Source: an uncultured Actinomycetes bacterium (GTDB lineage Bacteria > Actinomycetota > Thermoleophilia > RBG-16-64-13). Taken from it: a stretch of 64,000 bases of DNA. Positions within the stretch are counted from its first letter, which is position 1; each line of letters opens with the position of its first letter. The position numbers and the translations under genes were made by a program. The notes under the pieces were generated by a model that was given only the letters and a program-made list of their open reading frames with translations, was not told where the DNA came from and did not search any database. The stretch spans positions 896,001-960,000 of the forward strand of contig CAWJDT010000001.1 of NCBI GenBank assembly GCA_963841735.1, in the 5' to 3' direction. This document shows positions 30,005-40,182 of the stretch, piece by piece.

Positions 30005-31057
30005 TCACTGTAACCCCTCCCAGCGGATCACTTGGTCTTCTACAACATCATCGGCAAGTCTGCGCCCGACTACATAGCGGAGTTCATCCGGGCCGATGCC
30101 GGTGCCCGGCCGCTTCGCGTCGAGGTCATCTTCGGCGAGCACGTGTCCCGCGGGCAGCGGGCGCCGGGCAACGAGGCTCCTTCTGAACTGCCTGCGCTTC
30201 TGGCGCTCAGCTTCGGTAATCGTGCGTCTGGGGCTTCCGAGCGCCTGGAAGACCCTGAGCCCTTCCTCCGCGATGGTGCGAAGCTCTGTTGGATCGGCCG
30301 AAATGGCGTGATCCCAGCCGGCCATCTCTTTGTCCAAGGTGAAGTGCTTCTCGATGACGGAGGCCCCCAAGGCGACGGCAGCTAGGGGGATGCAGGTCCC
30401 CAAGGTATGGTCGCTAAAGCCCACGGGCACGTCGAAGGCTTCTCTCAAGGTGCCCATGTTGCGAAGGTGTATGGCGGACGCCTCCGGAGGGTAGAGCGAG
30501 ACGCAATGCAGCAGAACAATCTGCTCGTTGCCCTCCGCGCGGATGGCATCCAGCGCCTGCTCGATCTCTCCCAGGGTGGCCATTCCTGCTGCTACGAGTA
30601 CCGGACGCTGCTTCCTGGCAACGTAGGTCAGCAGCGCAAGATTGGTGACATCCATGGAGGCTATCTTGATGAACGGTACCTCGAGTTCGTCGAGGAGGTC
30701 GGCCTCCTCGGCCGAGAATGCGCTCGAGCAGAAGGCGATGCCGCGTTTGCGGCAGTGGACCAGAGCTTGGCGGTGCTGTTCGGAGGTGAGCTGGTATGCC
30801 CGCACCATCTCGAGCAACGAGCCGAAGTGCTTCTTTTTGTCGGAGTACTCGGGATTGCGGTCGTACTCTTCGCGGGCGATGAGCGAAGTCTCACTCCACG
30901 ACTGAAACTTGACCGCTTGAGCGCCGGCTTCGGCGGCGGCGTCTATCAACCGCATGCAGAGGTCCATGTCACCGTTGTGGTTGGCGCCCACCTCGGCTAT
31001 GACATAGGGAGGAAGCCCCTCACCGACAGTGATGTTCCCTAGGTTCACGGTCCTCAT
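30005..31057 (-). CDS. neuB: Nonulosonic acid synthase (NeuB/LegI/SpsE family, SAF domain)
   Basis: IAEVGANHNGD, AVKFQ, KIASMD, LLHCVSLYP, GFSDHT, IEKHFTLD, KRPGTGI. Confidence 0.93.
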   Translation of the reverse strand: MRTVNLGNITVGEGLPPYVIAEVGANHNGDMDLCMRLIDAAAEAGAQAVKFQSWSETSLIAREEYDRNPEYSDKKKHFGSLLEMVRAYQLTSEQHRQALVHCRKRGIAFCSSAFSAEEADLLDELEVPFIKIASMDVTNLALLTYVARKQRPVLVAAGMATLGEIEQALDAIRAEGNEQIVLLHCVSLYPPEASAIHLRNMGTLREAFDVPVGFSDHTLGTCIPLAAVALGASVIEKHFTLDKEMAGWDHAISADPTELRTIAEEGLRVFQALGSPRRTITEAERQKRRQFRRSLVARRPLPAGHVLAEDDLDAKRPGTGIGPDELRYVVGRRLADDVVEDQVIRWEGLQ

Positions 31058-31971
31058 ACTGGCTCCTTCCGAGTGGTCCACAAGTATTGCAGGCCCGGGT
31101 AGGCGACGTCTGCCCACCAAAGCGGGTCCGGTGCCGCGACATTGAGTGCCGCGACGTATCGATCCAGCCGCTCTGGGTCCAGGATGACATGGGTATAGAA
31201 GTCCTCGACGTCAGCTGATATCCGGTCGATCTCTTCCAGGCGGTTGGGCTGGGCGCCGTCGGCGGGGTGGGAGCGGACGAGCGTGAAGTGCCTTCGTGCC
31301 AGATCCGTGTCCGCCCGCACCTGCTCCGCGGTGAAGGGCAACAAAGTGCGGGCGGTGTTCGCTCCATGTTGACGGTAATCCATTCGCACCTCGGCATCGA
31401 AGGCCAGCCGTGCCCCAAACGACCAGGCCCTGGTGATCAGGAACCAGTCCACGAGAGTCACTTCTGCTGGGATGGGCAGGCAGCGCCGGAGCGTGTCTGA
31501 GCGGAATGCGCTGTTGGAGAGACCGTAGAGGTTGTGCCTGGGTAGGACACTATCCGCCGCTGTGCCGGAGGGGAGGCCCATCACCAGTCCCAGATTCGCG
31601 CCACGTTCGTCGACGAGACTCAGGGCGCAACCGGTGACGTCGGCGGCGCGCAGGTCCCGGCGCGCCGCGGCCACGCGAGTGGGGTGTAGCAGGTCGTCGC
31701 TATCGACAAGGACCACCCCGTCGCAGGCATCCACAATCTGGGTGAGCGCTCTTTGGCGGACCAGGGCTGGTGAGTCTCCGGCCTCGGCCGGCACCCAGTT
31801 GACCCGCGGCCGGGAGCCCATGAGCTTCTCCACGTGCGCGATCTCCAGCCCGTCCACGCCGATCCACAGTTGGAAGTCCTGGTCGGTCTGTCCCCGCACC
31901 GATTCGTACCAGCTGGGCAGAAAGCGTTCTACGCCCGGGTAGATGGTCGAGTAGAGGGCCAGCGTGCTCAT
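31054..31971 (-). CDS. GT-A fold (GT2-like) protein
   Basis: SVRGQTDQDF, VDSDD (DxD), YGLSNSA, DW, YRQHGAN. Confidence 0.7.
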   Translation of the reverse strand: MSTLALYSTIYPGVERFLPSWYESVRGQTDQDFQLWIGVDGLEIAHVEKLMGSRPRVNWVPAEAGDSPALVRQRALTQIVDACDGVVLVDSDDLLHPTRVAAARRDLRAADVTGCALSLVDERGANLGLVMGLPSGTAADSVLPRHNLYGLSNSAFRSDTLRRCLPIPAEVTLVDWFLITRAWSFGARLAFDAEVRMDYRQHGANTARTLLPFTAEQVRADTDLARRHFTLVRSHPADGAQPNRLEEIDRISADVEDFYTHVILDPERLDRYVAALNVAAPDPLWWADVAYPGLQYLWTTRKEPV

Positions 31972-31981
31972 CGAGCGCGGC

Positions 31982-32734
31982 CTACCGGTCCTCGGAGTGG
32001 GCCGCGGGCCGGGCTGTAGGTCCGGCGGCAGGTCCGGCGAGTCCCATCAAGATGTCTGCCAGCAGCCAGTCGTCCTCGGTGTCGATATCAAGGCCGTGGG
32101 TCCAGGCTATCTCCCAGCCCGTCCTACCCGGCAGGTGGAAGGTCCCCTCGCGTCGCACCGCGCTGGTTTGTGCCCACCACACGGCGCCAGTGGGGCAGAA
32201 GAGCTCCGGCAGGTCTTGACTACGCTGGGTCAAGGACTCCGGAAACAGCGGTTCGAGGGCCATATCCGAGTCGCGACGCAGTGCCCACCAGGGATTCTGC
32301 CAGCCGTAGCGCACCACTGAAATCTGAGAGTCTGGGCCGGTGTCGACAAACTGCCTGTAGCTTGCCGCGACATCGTCGGCGGTGCGCAGGGGGCAGTTGG
32401 GCATCAACTGGCATACGTGCGCATAGGTCTGTCCGTGGGGATCGAGGCGCTCAAGGACGTCGATAGTGGCGGCCGACACGGGTGTCACATCGTCGGCTAG
32501 GGCCGGGTCGCGTACGAAAGGGACCTCCGCTCCGTGGGCGCGGGCCAACTCGGCGATGTCGCTGCTGTCGGTCGTCACCACCACTCGGTCGAAGAGGCCG
32601 CTGTCGAGGGCCGCTTCCACGGTGTAGGCGAGCAGGGGCCTTCCGCGCATGGGGCGCACGTTTTTCTTGGGGACTCGTTTTGAGCCCCCTCTCGCCGGGA
32701 TAACCGCTAGATTGAGCGCTGCGCCTGGCATCAT
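31982..32734 (-). CDS. neuA: CMP-nonulosonate synthetase (acylneuraminate cytidylyltransferase; NeuA/LegF/PseF family)
   Basis: IPARGGSKRVPKKN, VPFVRDPALADD, RSQDLP, DIDTEDD. Confidence 0.92.
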   Translation of the reverse strand: MMPGAALNLAVIPARGGSKRVPKKNVRPMRGRPLLAYTVEAALDSGLFDRVVVTTDSSDIAELARAHGAEVPFVRDPALADDVTPVSAATIDVLERLDPHGQTYAHVCQLMPNCPLRTADDVAASYRQFVDTGPDSQISVVRYGWQNPWWALRRDSDMALEPLFPESLTQRSQDLPELFCPTGAVWWAQTSAVRREGTFHLPGRTGWEIAWTHGLDIDTEDDWLLADILMGLAGPAAGPTARPAAHSEDR

Positions 32735-34185
32735 GCCTGGGATCCCGCCTTTCCGGCCATTTCCTTGACGAGGTCACCTATCAATCGGGCAGATTCGCCA
32801 CCGAAAGCGTGGCAGAAGTCAGAGACATAGCCTTCGGCCGCCTCAGACCGCGCCGCGCGGTAGTCGCCGTCTTCCAGCAGCCGGCGGAGCAGGCCTGAGA
32901 GTTCCTCGGGGCCGCGGGCATGGGGGCAGCCCGCCCGCTGGACGAGGTCGCGGTCGTTTCCTGCCAGTTCTCCCTCGGGATCGAGTACGATCACAGCACG
33001 TCTCTTCACCAAGGCGTCACTGCCCACGCCGCTACCCCGCACCACCACGACATCGGCTGCCGCCAGCGACTCGTCAAGAGTAGAACCGGTGTTCTCCATG
33101 AAGCGGACCAGCGGGTGGCGCTCAGCCACCTTCGCGTACGTGAGCCTGCTCTCGGCGGGATGAAGGCGGACCATGCCAAGGACGCCGGGCGTGGATTCGA
33201 CAGACGCGCAGAATTGCTCGGCCAGCGTTAGGTGTCCCCGGTCGGGAGAAGTCGCAAGGAGGGCCACGCGTGCGTTCGGCTCAATGCCCAACCGGGTTCT
33301 TGCTTCCTGCCGGGAGCAGGAGAGGTCGCGTGTAAGTCGGGGGCATCCTCCCACGACTATGCGCTCAGGGGGCTCACCGGCGGCCAGGAGTTTCCTCTTG
33401 TCGGCCTCCCCCCAGCAGACGATGCGGTCGGCCAGCACAGGCGCGAAGCCAATCGCCTCGGCACCCATCACGCCGTGGACCAGGGTGACGGTGGGTATCT
33501 GCAGGATCCCAGCTGCCAGGACGAGGCACGACCAGAGCTTGTTGCGGTCGTATTCGGTCAGAATGGCAGCCGGTCTGTTCTCCGTGAGAAAGCCTAGAAA
33601 GCCTTCGATCCGCTGACTCGCGACTGTGAGGGCCAACGACAGCAGGGCGAAAGTCCCGGGTGGCAGGTGATAGCGGCGGCACACGTCCTTGAGTGAGCGG
33701 TGCCACTCTGGACGACAGCTGCGGTATTGCCGCCGCCAATCATCAGTTCGCAGGCCCATTGCCCGCTCCCAGTAGAAAGCCGGGACACCTGGGGGAAGTG
33801 TGGGGGTGGCACCGCTCTGCCCGAGCAGCACCAGTGCGTGTTCGCTCCCGATCTCTCGCAGCACCGGCAGGAGCAACTCGTCGAGGCGGGGGGTCGACGT
33901 GTACCAGGTCATCAATATCCGGTCGCGGGCGTGGGCGGCGGCGACTCGGTCTCCGAGCCGGGGATGCAGCCGGTGCCGCACTCTTCTGGCCTGGGTCAGC
34001 CCCCTTGTACTCAGCCGCTGGTCTGAGTGTCCCCAGAAAAGGTTGATGACCAAGCTTTCGTTGATGGTCTCCCCTATTGGCACGCCCCTGTACTGCAGTC
34101 GCGACAGCTCCGCACACAGTTCACGAAATACCGAGGGCGTTAGACTCGGGGCGTCAGGCTGGGGTCTTTCTCGGTTGCCTATCAC
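32731..34185 (-). CDS. GT-B-like capsule biosynthesis protein, candidate nonulosonate transferase
   Basis: PTVTLVHG, VCWGE, GCPRL, VRLHPAE (HP motif), S.VGSDAL; GTG start overlaps the neuD stop. Confidence 0.6.
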   Translation of the reverse strand: MIGNRERPQPDAPSLTPSVFRELCAELSRLQYRGVPIGETINESLVINLFWGHSDQRLSTRGLTQARRVRHRLHPRLGDRVAAAHARDRILMTWYTSTPRLDELLLPVLREIGSEHALVLLGQSGATPTLPPGVPAFYWERAMGLRTDDWRRQYRSCRPEWHRSLKDVCRRYHLPPGTFALLSLALTVASQRIEGFLGFLTENRPAAILTEYDRNKLWSCLVLAAGILQIPTVTLVHGVMGAEAIGFAPVLADRIVCWGEADKRKLLAAGEPPERIVVGGCPRLTRDLSCSRQEARTRLGIEPNARVALLATSPDRGHLTLAEQFCASVESTPGVLGMVRLHPAESRLTYAKVAERHPLVRFMENTGSTLDESLAAADVVVVRGSGVGSDALVKRRAVIVLDPEGELAGNDRDLVQRAGCPHARGPEELSGLLRRLLEDGDYRAARSEAAEGYVSDFCHAFGGESARLIGDLVKEMAGKAGSQA

Positions 34186-34823
34186 CCGGTCCTCCTGGCG
34201 GGGGCGCCCACGTAGGTGCCTGGGGTGGTCAGATCGGCCGTGACCACTGACCCGGCGCCGATGAGGCAGCCACCGCATATACTCAGGCCTTGGATGACCA
34301 CCGCTCCGGCCCCCACGATGCAGTCACTGCCGATGGTGACACCGCCGCTGATCGTGGCGCCAGGAGCGATGTGAACGTCGTCGCCAAGGCGGCAGTCGTG
34401 CTCGACGGTGGCGTTGGTGTTGACGATGCAGCTCCGGCCGGTGACGGTGCCGGTATTGATCACCGCTCCGTCGAAAACCACGGTGCCGTCACTCAACTCC
34501 ACTCCGGTATTCACCAACCCGTGCGGTGAGACGATAGCCGGGAAGGTGAAACCCAGAGATTCAATATGGAGCTGAAGTCGCGATCTGGTGGTAGATACGC
34601 TGATCTTGCCCACCCCTAGCGCGCCCGCGCAGGCAGGGTGGCTGCGGTAGATGTCCGGAAGGAGCCGGTCGTCGCCCAGGTAGGGCGCCTCCAGAAGGAC
34701 GCCCCGATCCTCGGCGTCTGTATACCCGACGATCTCCCAGGAGGTCTTTCGCAGTACAGTCATGAGGACCCTCGCATGCCCGCCCCCACCGACGACGACG
34801 ATTCTCCCAGCCACATGGCTCAT
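34182..34823 (-). CDS. NeuD/PglD-family hexapeptide acetyltransferase
   Basis: GGGGHARV, NTNATVEHDC, HIAPGA, GAGSVV, GAPAR. Confidence 0.92.
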   Translation of the reverse strand: MSHVAGRIVVVGGGGHARVLMTVLRKTSWEIVGYTDAEDRGVLLEAPYLGDDRLLPDIYRSHPACAGALGVGKISVSTTRSRLQLHIESLGFTFPAIVSPHGLVNTGVELSDGTVVFDGAVINTGTVTGRSCIVNTNATVEHDCRLGDDVHIAPGATISGGVTIGSDCIVGAGAVVIQGLSICGGCLIGAGSVVTADLTTPGTYVGAPARRTG

Positions 34824-34934
34824 CGACCACTCTCCTGATCGCGCATCGGATTCGGGCCCCGCTTTGAGAGGCTACTCTGGGACTGATGCTCCAAACCAAC
34901 AGATAACATACCTCGGCCTATCATGCGTGGTTCA

Positions 34935-36296
34935 TTAGAGGACCGGCCGGTTGCCCTGCAACCGCTCCCTGCGCTGCAGGTAGAGGATGAACAGATAGCT
35001 GGCGACCACATAGACCAGTCGGCCCACCAGCATGGCCTGGGGGAAGACGACCAGCTCTACCGTGTGCCGGATCAGCAAGAGCAGGGTGCCGACAAAGGCT
35101 CCTATTGCCAAGATCAAGCCGGCCACGTAGAGGTCTTGGCGCCTGACTACGTTGAAGACCGCGGTAAGAGCTTGGAAGGTTGCTACCCAAGGAATAAGGA
35201 GGCCCCACTGTATCGCCGGCACGGCGTCAACATACTGAGGGATGACCAGGCGTACAAGTGGTCCCGCCGCGAACCAGCCGGCCACTACCACCACGGACAG
35301 ACCCGCGAACGTGGCCAGCATCGGCTTTTGGGCGATCCTGATAAGACGCCTTATGCTGCAACCGGCCCCGTACTCCTGAGCCATGCGGGGGTATATCACC
35401 TGAGAGACCGCCAATGGCACGACCTCCAAGGCCGAGATGGCCACCAGGACCATCGCGTAGAGACCCATCCCCCGGGTACCCGTGAGCCTGAGCACCAGGG
35501 TGGAGGTAGTCACCCCTATCCAGAGTCCGTACACCTGACCGCCGGCGAAGATGGGCGCGCCGATCTTGAGGAGGTGTTTCAGATTGCCCCAGTTCCAGCG
35601 CGGGCCCACCCGCACCGGGCGCCAGCGGTAGAGAAGAGTCGTGCTCACGGCGGCTGCCAGCACCATCCGTACGCACAGGCCGTAGAAGCCCATGAAGGCC
35701 ACAAAGACCAATCCCGCCAGGCTGGCGGCCCCCTCGACCACATTCGCCCGAGCCAACTTGACGAAGTCGTGGGCGCTGCGGAAGGTCATCTGCAGATAGA
35801 GCGAGCCGTAGAAGAGGAACACTGCCAGGATCGCGTTGGTGAACCAGCCGGCCGCCTTCAACATCTCTCCCTCGGCGAGCTGCCATATGGCTACTCCTGT
35901 GAGGGCGACGAAGACAACCGCTCCCACAGCCAGGGCCCAGGCTTGGGCGGCTGAGGCGAGACTTTCGGCCTGCTTCACGTCTCCCTTGCCCATGAAGAAA
36001 GGGAGTTCTCGGTTGAGCCCGTTGAGGATGCCCAGTTGTGCGTTGACCGCGTAACCAAGCACTAGGCCGATGCCGGCGAAGAGACCCAGGGTGGAGGGAG
36101 CCACCATCCGTCCCAGGAGGACCCCACCGATCAGGCGCATGGCCATGGCTACCAGGTTGCCGCCGGCCAGAGAGCCGGCGAGGAAGAACACGGACCGGTG
36201 CTGCGAAGTCTGCGTCGGCAGAGCTTCGGCAGGCAGCTTCGTGGGCTCGGTTGGGTCCACAAAGTCGATGTCGCGACCGTCCATCAGAGGGTCCAT
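34935..36296 (-). CDS. Wzx-type oligosaccharide flippase
   Basis: About 12 TMs, GLNRELPFF.G, LLKIGAPI, MGLYA, SQVIYPRM. Confidence 0.85.
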   Translation of the reverse strand: MDPLMDGRDIDFVDPTEPTKLPAEALPTQTSQHRSVFFLAGSLAGGNLVAMAMRLIGGVLLGRMVAPSTLGLFAGIGLVLGYAVNAQLGILNGLNRELPFFMGKGDVKQAESLASAAQAWALAVGAVVFVALTGVAIWQLAEGEMLKAAGWFTNAILAVFLFYGSLYLQMTFRSAHDFVKLARANVVEGAASLAGLVFVAFMGFYGLCVRMVLAAAVSTTLLYRWRPVRVGPRWNWGNLKHLLKIGAPIFAGGQVYGLWIGVTTSTLVLRLTGTRGMGLYAMVLVAISALEVVPLAVSQVIYPRMAQEYGAGCSIRRLIRIAQKPMLATFAGLSVVVVAGWFAAGPLVRLVIPQYVDAVPAIQWGLLIPWVATFQALTAVFNVVRRQDLYVAGLILAIGAFVGTLLLLIRHTVELVVFPQAMLVGRLVYVVASYLFILYLQRRERLQGNRPVL

Positions 36297-36330
36297 TGCG
36301 GCCGCCCTTGCTCTTGCCTTGGTGGAAGAA

Positions 36331-37479
36331 TCAGACCGACGGGGTCTGAGGCCTCGGGTCCGTCTTGTCTATGAGCGCCACGACTTCCGCGATCTGCTCG
36401 GGCGTTAGCGAGAGAGAGCAAGGCAGGTTGAGCAGCGTCTCATAGAAGCGCGGTGCGTTGGTGATCTGGTAGGCCTGCATGCCCTGGTAGGGCTTTTGTA
36501 GGTGGTTGAGATGCCAGAGGGGGCGCACTTGGATGTCGGCGGCCGCAGAGGCCGTCATCAGCTCAGCTTTGGTTTGGGGGCTGGAGCAGAGAAATCCGTA
36601 GAACCAGCGGTTTGACTCGCTCCACGAGGGCTGCTGGACCAAGCGCTCCGGCCCCAAGGACCGCTCGTATTGGGCGAAGTTGGCGCGCTTGGTTACGAGG
36701 CGCTCTTCTAGGGTCTCCAACTGCGCGAGGCCGATGGCGGCCAAGATGTTGTTCATGCGGTAGTTGTATCCCACGCTGTTGTGGACGTATTCCACGCCGT
36801 CCTCCTTGGCCTGGGTGGTGAGGTACCTGGCCTGGCGGGCGACCGCGTCGTCGTTGGTTAGAATGGCGCCGCCACCGCCTGCGGTGACGATCTTGTTGCC
36901 ATTGAAGCTCAAGCAGCCGATAGCCGCGAGGCCTCCGCACTGTCTGCCTCTGTAGAGCGAGCCGAGCGATTCACTGGCGTCTTCCACCACGGCCAGGCCG
37001 TACTCGGCCGCCAATTCCAGGAGAGGGTCCATGTCGACCGAGGTGCCGAAGATGTGCACCGGTACTATGGCGGCGACTCTCCGGCCCGAACCGCGGTTGG
37101 TCGTGCGACCGTTTTGCACGGTGCACTCCTCCGCCAGGAAGCGCCTCACGGCTTCGACGTCCATGTTGCAGTACTCGTCACAGTCGACGAACACCGGCCA
37201 CGCGTTCACATAGCGCACCGCGTTCACGGGCGCGATGAAGGTCACGGTGGGTACTATGACCTCGTCATCGGCGTGTACTCCCGAGAGCAGCAGCGAGATG
37301 TGCAGGGCCGATGTTCCGCAGTTGCAGGCGACCGCGTGCTTCACTCCGATGTGGTCGGTCAGTGCCTCCTCCATGAGGCGGATGTACTCCCCGTTGGAGG
37401 AGATCCACGTGGTGTCTATGCAGCGCGTAACGTACGCCAGTTCATTCTTGCCCAAAAACGGCTCGGAAAGCGGAATCAT
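36331..37479 (-). CDS. legC: LegC-family DegT aminotransferase
   Basis: IPLSEP, GTSALH, TFIAPVNAV, EDASESLGS, SFNGNKIVT, GYNYRM. Confidence 0.88.
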   Translation of the reverse strand: MIPLSEPFLGKNELAYVTRCIDTTWISSNGEYIRLMEEALTDHIGVKHAVACNCGTSALHISLLLSGVHADDEVIVPTVTFIAPVNAVRYVNAWPVFVDCDEYCNMDVEAVRRFLAEECTVQNGRTTNRGSGRRVAAIVPVHIFGTSVDMDPLLELAAEYGLAVVEDASESLGSLYRGRQCGGLAAIGCLSFNGNKIVTAGGGGAILTNDDAVARQARYLTTQAKEDGVEYVHNSVGYNYRMNNILAAIGLAQLETLEERLVTKRANFAQYERSLGPERLVQQPSWSESNRWFYGFLCSSPQTKAELMTASAAADIQVRPLWHLNHLQKPYQGMQAYQITNAPRFYETLLNLPCSLSLTPEQIAEVVALIDKTDPRPQTPSV

Positions 37480-37491
37480 GCCCCGATCCCC

Positions 37492-37616
37492 CTAGGAGTT
37501 CGTGTATCTCGCGGCATAGGGGTCGGTGATCAGGCCGTCCCCGAAAGCGACAGCAGCTCCCGAGAGACCATGGAGCCGATGTATCCGGCGCCTCCTGTGA
37601 CCAATACTGTGCTCAC
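37492..37616 (-). pseudogene. Internally deleted NAD-dependent epimerase/dehydratase (extended SDR)
   Basis: GGAGG RBS then GTG-STVLVTGGAGYIGSMVSRELLS; out-of-frame continuation FGDGLITDPYAARYTNS* resembling an SDR C-terminus, ending 12 nt before legC. Confidence 0.75.
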
Positions 37617-37653
37617 GGTGCCTCCGTCGGTTCATACTGCTGCAATCCCACTA

Positions 37654-37676
37654 CTATCGGTCAGTCTACCAACTAA
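37654..37676 (-). promoter_or_regulatory. Putative sigma28-type promoter for the nonulosonate/rml operon
   Basis: ACCGATAG on the minus strand 37 nt upstream of the pseudogene start; -35 weak. Confidence 0.35.
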
Positions 37677-37753
37677 TCGCAAGTGGGCTTTGCTTGACTT
37701 ATACTCGTATATGGGCGGAGCACCTGCTTCTGAAGCGAGGAGACTCACGGGCA

Positions 37754-38335
37754 ATGGCGAGAAGGATCATCGACGTGACGCTGGCTGTTATCGGTGTGGT
37801 GCTGGCGTCCCCCCTCCTGGTCGCCATCGCTGTTCTCGTGCGAGCGAAGGACGGTTCGCCTGTGATCTACAAGGCCATCCGGGTAGGTCAGAACGGGCGG
37901 CTCTTTCACCTCTTCAAGTTCCGTACTATGGTCTCCTCGGAAGGTTCGTTGGTGACCGGCTGGGCCGACCCGCGCGTGACTCAGCTCGGGCGGAAGCTTC
38001 GGCGGCTCAAGCTTGATGAACTGCCTCAGCTGGTGAATGTTCTGCTCGGCGACATGAGCTTCGTAGGGCCTCGTCCGGAAGACCCGGCGTATGTGTCGCT
38101 CTACACCGAGGAGCAGCGTCGAGTGCTCTCCGTTAGGCCCGGGATAACCGGCGTTGCGGCCCTCGAATACTCGGATGAGGAATCTCTGCTGCGCGGCGAT
38201 GATTGGGAAAAGTCATACAGGGAAAGCATCATGCCGGCCAAACTCAAGCTCGAAATGGACTACCTGGCTCGGCGGTCTTTCTTGGCGGATGCGCAGATAG
38301 TGCTTCGGACGCTGGTCAAGCTGGTCGCTCACTAG
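37754..38335 (+). CDS. Initiating phosphoglycosyl transferase (PglC/WcaJ-like, Bac_transf)
   Basis: Single N-terminal TM, FKFRTM, DPRVT..G..LR..KLDELPQL.NV..GDMSFVGPRPE, VRPGITG. Confidence 0.93.
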   Translation: MARRIIDVTLAVIGVVLASPLLVAIAVLVRAKDGSPVIYKAIRVGQNGRLFHLFKFRTMVSSEGSLVTGWADPRVTQLGRKLRRLKLDELPQLVNVLLGDMSFVGPRPEDPAYVSLYTEEQRRVLSVRPGITGVAALEYSDEESLLRGDDWEKSYRESIMPAKLKLEMDYLARRSFLADAQIVLRTLVKLVAH

Positions 38336-38355
38336 GGGAGCGCGCGGCGGTGGAC

Positions 38356-39546
38356 TCAGGCTTGAAACGTCCCCACGACATCGGTTACCGCCTCAATGAC
38401 GTCGGCAACATCGCTGTCGGTCATCGCACTGTAGATGGGTAGCGACACTTCCCTCTGGTACTCGCGATTGGCCACGGGGAAGTCGTCTGGCCTCAGATCA
38501 TAAGTATCCCGGTAGTAAGGGTGCAGGTGGAGGGGGATGAAATGTACGCTGGTTCCGATGTTCCTCGCCCGCAACTCCTCGATGAAGCGCCCCCTGTCGA
38601 TGGAGAGCCGTCGCAGTGTCAGCCTCAACGCGTAGAGGTGCCAGGAGTGTTGCACCCAGGGCCGTGCCGTCGGGATCTCCACTTGCGGCAGTTCGGCGAA
38701 CACCTCTGTGTAGCGGGCGGCGATCTCGGTCCGTCGCCGGTTCATGGTGTCGAGCCTCCTGAGCTGCGCTAGGCCCATGGCCGCGGCAACATCGGTCAGG
38801 TTGTACTTGAAGCCTGGGGCGAGGATCTCGTAGTACCAGGAGCCTTCCGCGGTGTACCGGTTCCACGCATTCTTGCTTATGCCGTGCAGGGACATCAAGC
38901 GGCAGCGGTCGGCCAGCGCTTCGTCGTCGGTGCAGATCATGCCGCCTTCGCCCGTCGTCATGGTCTTGGTCGCATAGAAGCTGAAACAGGTCAATTGAGG
39001 CGAGTCGCCCAGGCCAGACCGCCGCGAGCCAATGGTCGTGCCGCGGTAGGTAGCCGGCAGAGAGTGCGCCGCATCTTCGATCATGGCCAGACCATTCGCC
39101 GCGGCGAGTCGGTCGAGAGCGTCCATTTCGGCCGGGTGACCGGCCAGATGCACCGGGAGCAGTGCCCGAGTGCGTGGTCCGATTGCCGCCGCAGCAGCCT
39201 CAGGGTCGATGTTGAGGGTGTCGCTCTCTATGTCGACAAACCGGGGCTGCGCGCCGAAGTACCTGACTACTTCAGCGGTGGCCGCGAACGTGTAGGGTGT
39301 GGTGATGACCTCGTCCCCGGCGCGCAGTCCCGCTGCCTCTAGGGCAAGGTGAAGGGCTGCCGTGCAGGAGTTGACTGCCACGGCATGGGCGGCTCCCACA
39401 CGTGCGGCGAATTCGCGTTCAAGCTCATGAGTCACGGTGCCCGTTGTGATCCAGCCCGACTCGAGCACCTCGGCGATTAGGCGTAGCTCGGACCCATCGA
39501 GGTCCGGTCTCGCAAACGGAAGGAAGCTATCCCTCACGGTGTTCAT
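38356..39546 (-). CDS. DegT/ArnB/SpsC-family sugar aminotransferase
   Basis: [42 protein letters not shown]. Confidence 0.92.
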   Translation of the reverse strand: MNTVRDSFLPFARPDLDGSELRLIAEVLESGWITTGTVTHELEREFAARVGAAHAVAVNSCTAALHLALEAAGLRAGDEVITTPYTFAATAEVVRYFGAQPRFVDIESDTLNIDPEAAAAAIGPRTRALLPVHLAGHPAEMDALDRLAAANGLAMIEDAAHSLPATYRGTTIGSRRSGLGDSPQLTCFSFYATKTMTTGEGGMICTDDEALADRCRLMSLHGISKNAWNRYTAEGSWYYEILAPGFKYNLTDVAAAMGLAQLRRLDTMNRRRTEIAARYTEVFAELPQVEIPTARPWVQHSWHLYALRLTLRRLSIDRGRFIEELRARNIGTSVHFIPLHLHPYYRDTYDLRPDDFPVANREYQREVSLPIYSAMTDSDVADVIEAVTDVVGTFQA

Positions 39547-40153
39547 CCTGGGGGAGCCTGTTTCCGGTGCCCACAATCAACTCGCCCAGCGCTGATATGA
39601 CGTACTGCTCTGCGCACCGGCTACAGGTCGTCTCGGCGCCGGGCTGCTCCGCGCCGGCAAACCTCAGCAGTTCGCCACATCGGCATACCCAACCGGTCGG
39701 TCGGGCGGGAACCCCCGCCACCAGCCGGTGAGGCGGGACATCGTGCGTGACCACAGCTCCGGCGGCCACCATCGCGTATTGTCCTATGGTGTTTCCGCAG
39801 AGCACGGTGCAGTTCGCCCCCAGGGTCGCTCCGCGGCGCACTAGTGTGGGGACGAACTCGTCGCGACGATCCACTCCGGCGCGGGGGGTGAGCACGTTGG
39901 TGAATACCATCGACGGGCCGCAAAAGACGTGATCTTCCAACACGATCCCTGCGAAGACGGAGACGTTGTTCTGGACATGGCAGCCATCCCCGATGATCGC
40001 TCCGGCAGCCACGAAACAGTTCTGCCCGAGCACGACGCCCGTCCCTATCATGGCTCCGGCCATCACATGACAAAAATGCCAGATGGTCGTACCCCGGCCG
40101 ATCGACGCGCCTTCGTCTACCACCGCCGAAGGGTGAACGAACGGAGCCGGCAT
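39527..40153 (-). CDS. wbpD: WbpD/WlbB-like N-acetyltransferase
   Basis: [43 protein letters not shown]. Confidence 0.88.
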   Translation of the reverse strand: MPAPFVHPSAVVDEGASIGRGTTIWHFCHVMAGAMIGTGVVLGQNCFVAAGAIIGDGCHVQNNVSVFAGIVLEDHVFCGPSMVFTNVLTPRAGVDRRDEFVPTLVRRGATLGANCTVLCGNTIGQYAMVAAGAVVTHDVPPHRLVAGVPARPTGWVCRCGELLRFAGAEQPGAETTCSRCAEQYVISALGELIVGTGNRLPQDEHREG

Positions 40154-40182
40154 GGGATGCTCCCCTGCCTTGGGGGCACTGC

